The position numbers and the translations under genes were made by a program. Shown here piece after piece: positions 63,057 through 64,000 of a stretch of 64,000 bases of DNA. The stretch comes from an uncultured candidate division Zixibacteria bacterium (GTDB lineage Bacteria; Zixibacteria; MSB-5A5; UBA10806; 4484-95): positions 160,001 through 224,000 of the forward strand of contig CAXXKA010000006.1 in the NCBI GenBank assembly GCA_963668625.2, in the 5' to 3' direction. Every line of letters begins with the position of its first letter. Position 1 is the stretch's first letter. The notes below the pieces were generated by a model. That model did not search any database. It had not been told where the DNA came from and worked only from the letters and a program-made list of their open reading frames with translations.

Positions 63057-63227
63057 AAAAAGCTTTACTGGCTTCCGCTATCGGGCTTTAAAAAAAAAAC
63101 TGCCTTATGCATCGCCGGGCGTACGAAGTTCTTTGTTCATCCTTTCCCGGCGGCATACTGCGTGAAAACTGTAGGAAGGAAAGGATTCCCTCCTTCTCAG
63201 TAAAACCTCTCAGCCAAATATTCTTCC

Positions 63228-63288
63228 GGATTGCTTCAATTACTTCGCTCATTCGCAATGACGATATGAGGACTTTTTCAACAAGCCC
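63228..63288. repeat. Dispersed repeat / IS-end-like fragment
   Basis: GATTGCTTC...TCGCAATGAC-N8-GACTTTTTCAACAAGCCC; matches 5080-5116. Confidence 0.6.
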
Positions 63289-63448
63289 GTCCATGGGATG
63301 ATATCGAAATTTATTGTACAATTGATAATCATAATTTTGTGTTATTCCATACCACTTGCCAAACTGGTTTAACCGTTATATAATAATCGGTAGTTGTAAT
63401 AAGAGTTACTGTCGATAAGGTGCTAATGAAAACAGTCTGGAGCATCAT

Positions 63449-63757
63449 ATGGAACCGCAAAAACCAAACGCCTACCTAGTGAAACTTACCGCTACTCGAG
63501 AGGGCTGGCCGGGAGATATGTCCGCCGAGGAGTTTTCTGTCATCCGGGAACATATCGATTATCTGAAAGATTTACAGGTGCGAGACAAACTGATTCTATC
63601 CGGGCCTGTGCTAGAGCCGTTTTATAGTATAATCATCCTTAAAACCGAATCACGCGAGGAGGCTGAGGCGCTGATAAATAGCGATCCCACGGTTGCAGCC
63701 GGACTGCAGAACTATACGGTTGAGCCTATGCGCGTGGATATCCCGCTGATGTTTTAA
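63449..63757 (+). CDS. YciI-family protein
   Basis: TREGWP..M..EE..V..EH..YLK, SGPV, SDP; paralog of the N-domain of 62259-63056. Confidence 0.8.
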   Translation: MEPQKPNAYLVKLTATREGWPGDMSAEEFSVIREHIDYLKDLQVRDKLILSGPVLEPFYSIIILKTESREEAEALINSDPTVAAGLQNYTVEPMRVDIPLMF

Positions 63758-64000
63758 GAATATAAAATTAGTTTTCGTTATCTTGGTGACAGTTTAGCTA
63801 AAGTCAACTAATTGCATCGTTCGCTTCGCTACCTCGCAATATCAGGTATAACTCGATGTGATAATATCTTATTTATAAAAGGTATGCAGCCGGGCCGGTT
63901 GACCCGACTGCACAGGGGGCAAATAATACATTAGAGATCGAAAAACATCTTGTAGGTAAGGCGAAAATTTCGGCCCGCCTCCGGCAATATCGATTTCACT

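Overview
Bacterial chromosomal window from a probable anaerobic diderm. The dockerin-tailed SBBP protein, HmuY and gene style suggest an FCB-group lineage such as Zixibacteria, which is an inference. Most genes are housekeeping or metabolic: secD/secF, ald, a CoA-transferase, pth, rpsF-rpsR-DUF2232-rplI, ligA, a PpiC foldase, ltaE, ABC exporters, suhB, hbd and crt. Ten homopolymer frameshifts look like long-read assembly errors. The main finding is a tandem trio of exported DUF1573/Ig-like paralogs (34152-37171). Two of them carry an in-frame TGA exactly where the third has the first Cys of its CGC motif, and both TGAs are followed at the same distance by a co-varying 7-bp hairpin with an AGUU loop. 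These are candidate exported selenoproteins (U-G-C) with SECIS elements, which the ORF track splits in two. They are divergent from an hdrC-hdrB-FeS-flavoprotein operon (thiol:fumarate reductase-like) with a candidate Rex box, and lie upstream of a DcaP-like porin. Other finds: a 254-bp MITE (TIRs, 9-bp TSD, internal REP-like doublet) interrupting a probable outer-membrane protein gene; an AT-rich dockerin gene bracketed by a 36-bp direct repeat; a PdxJ homolog lacking its catalytic residues; a stand-alone PolX lyase domain behind ligA; and an orphan SBP-kinase-sigma54 activator module with a structured leader and a divergent sigma54 promoter.
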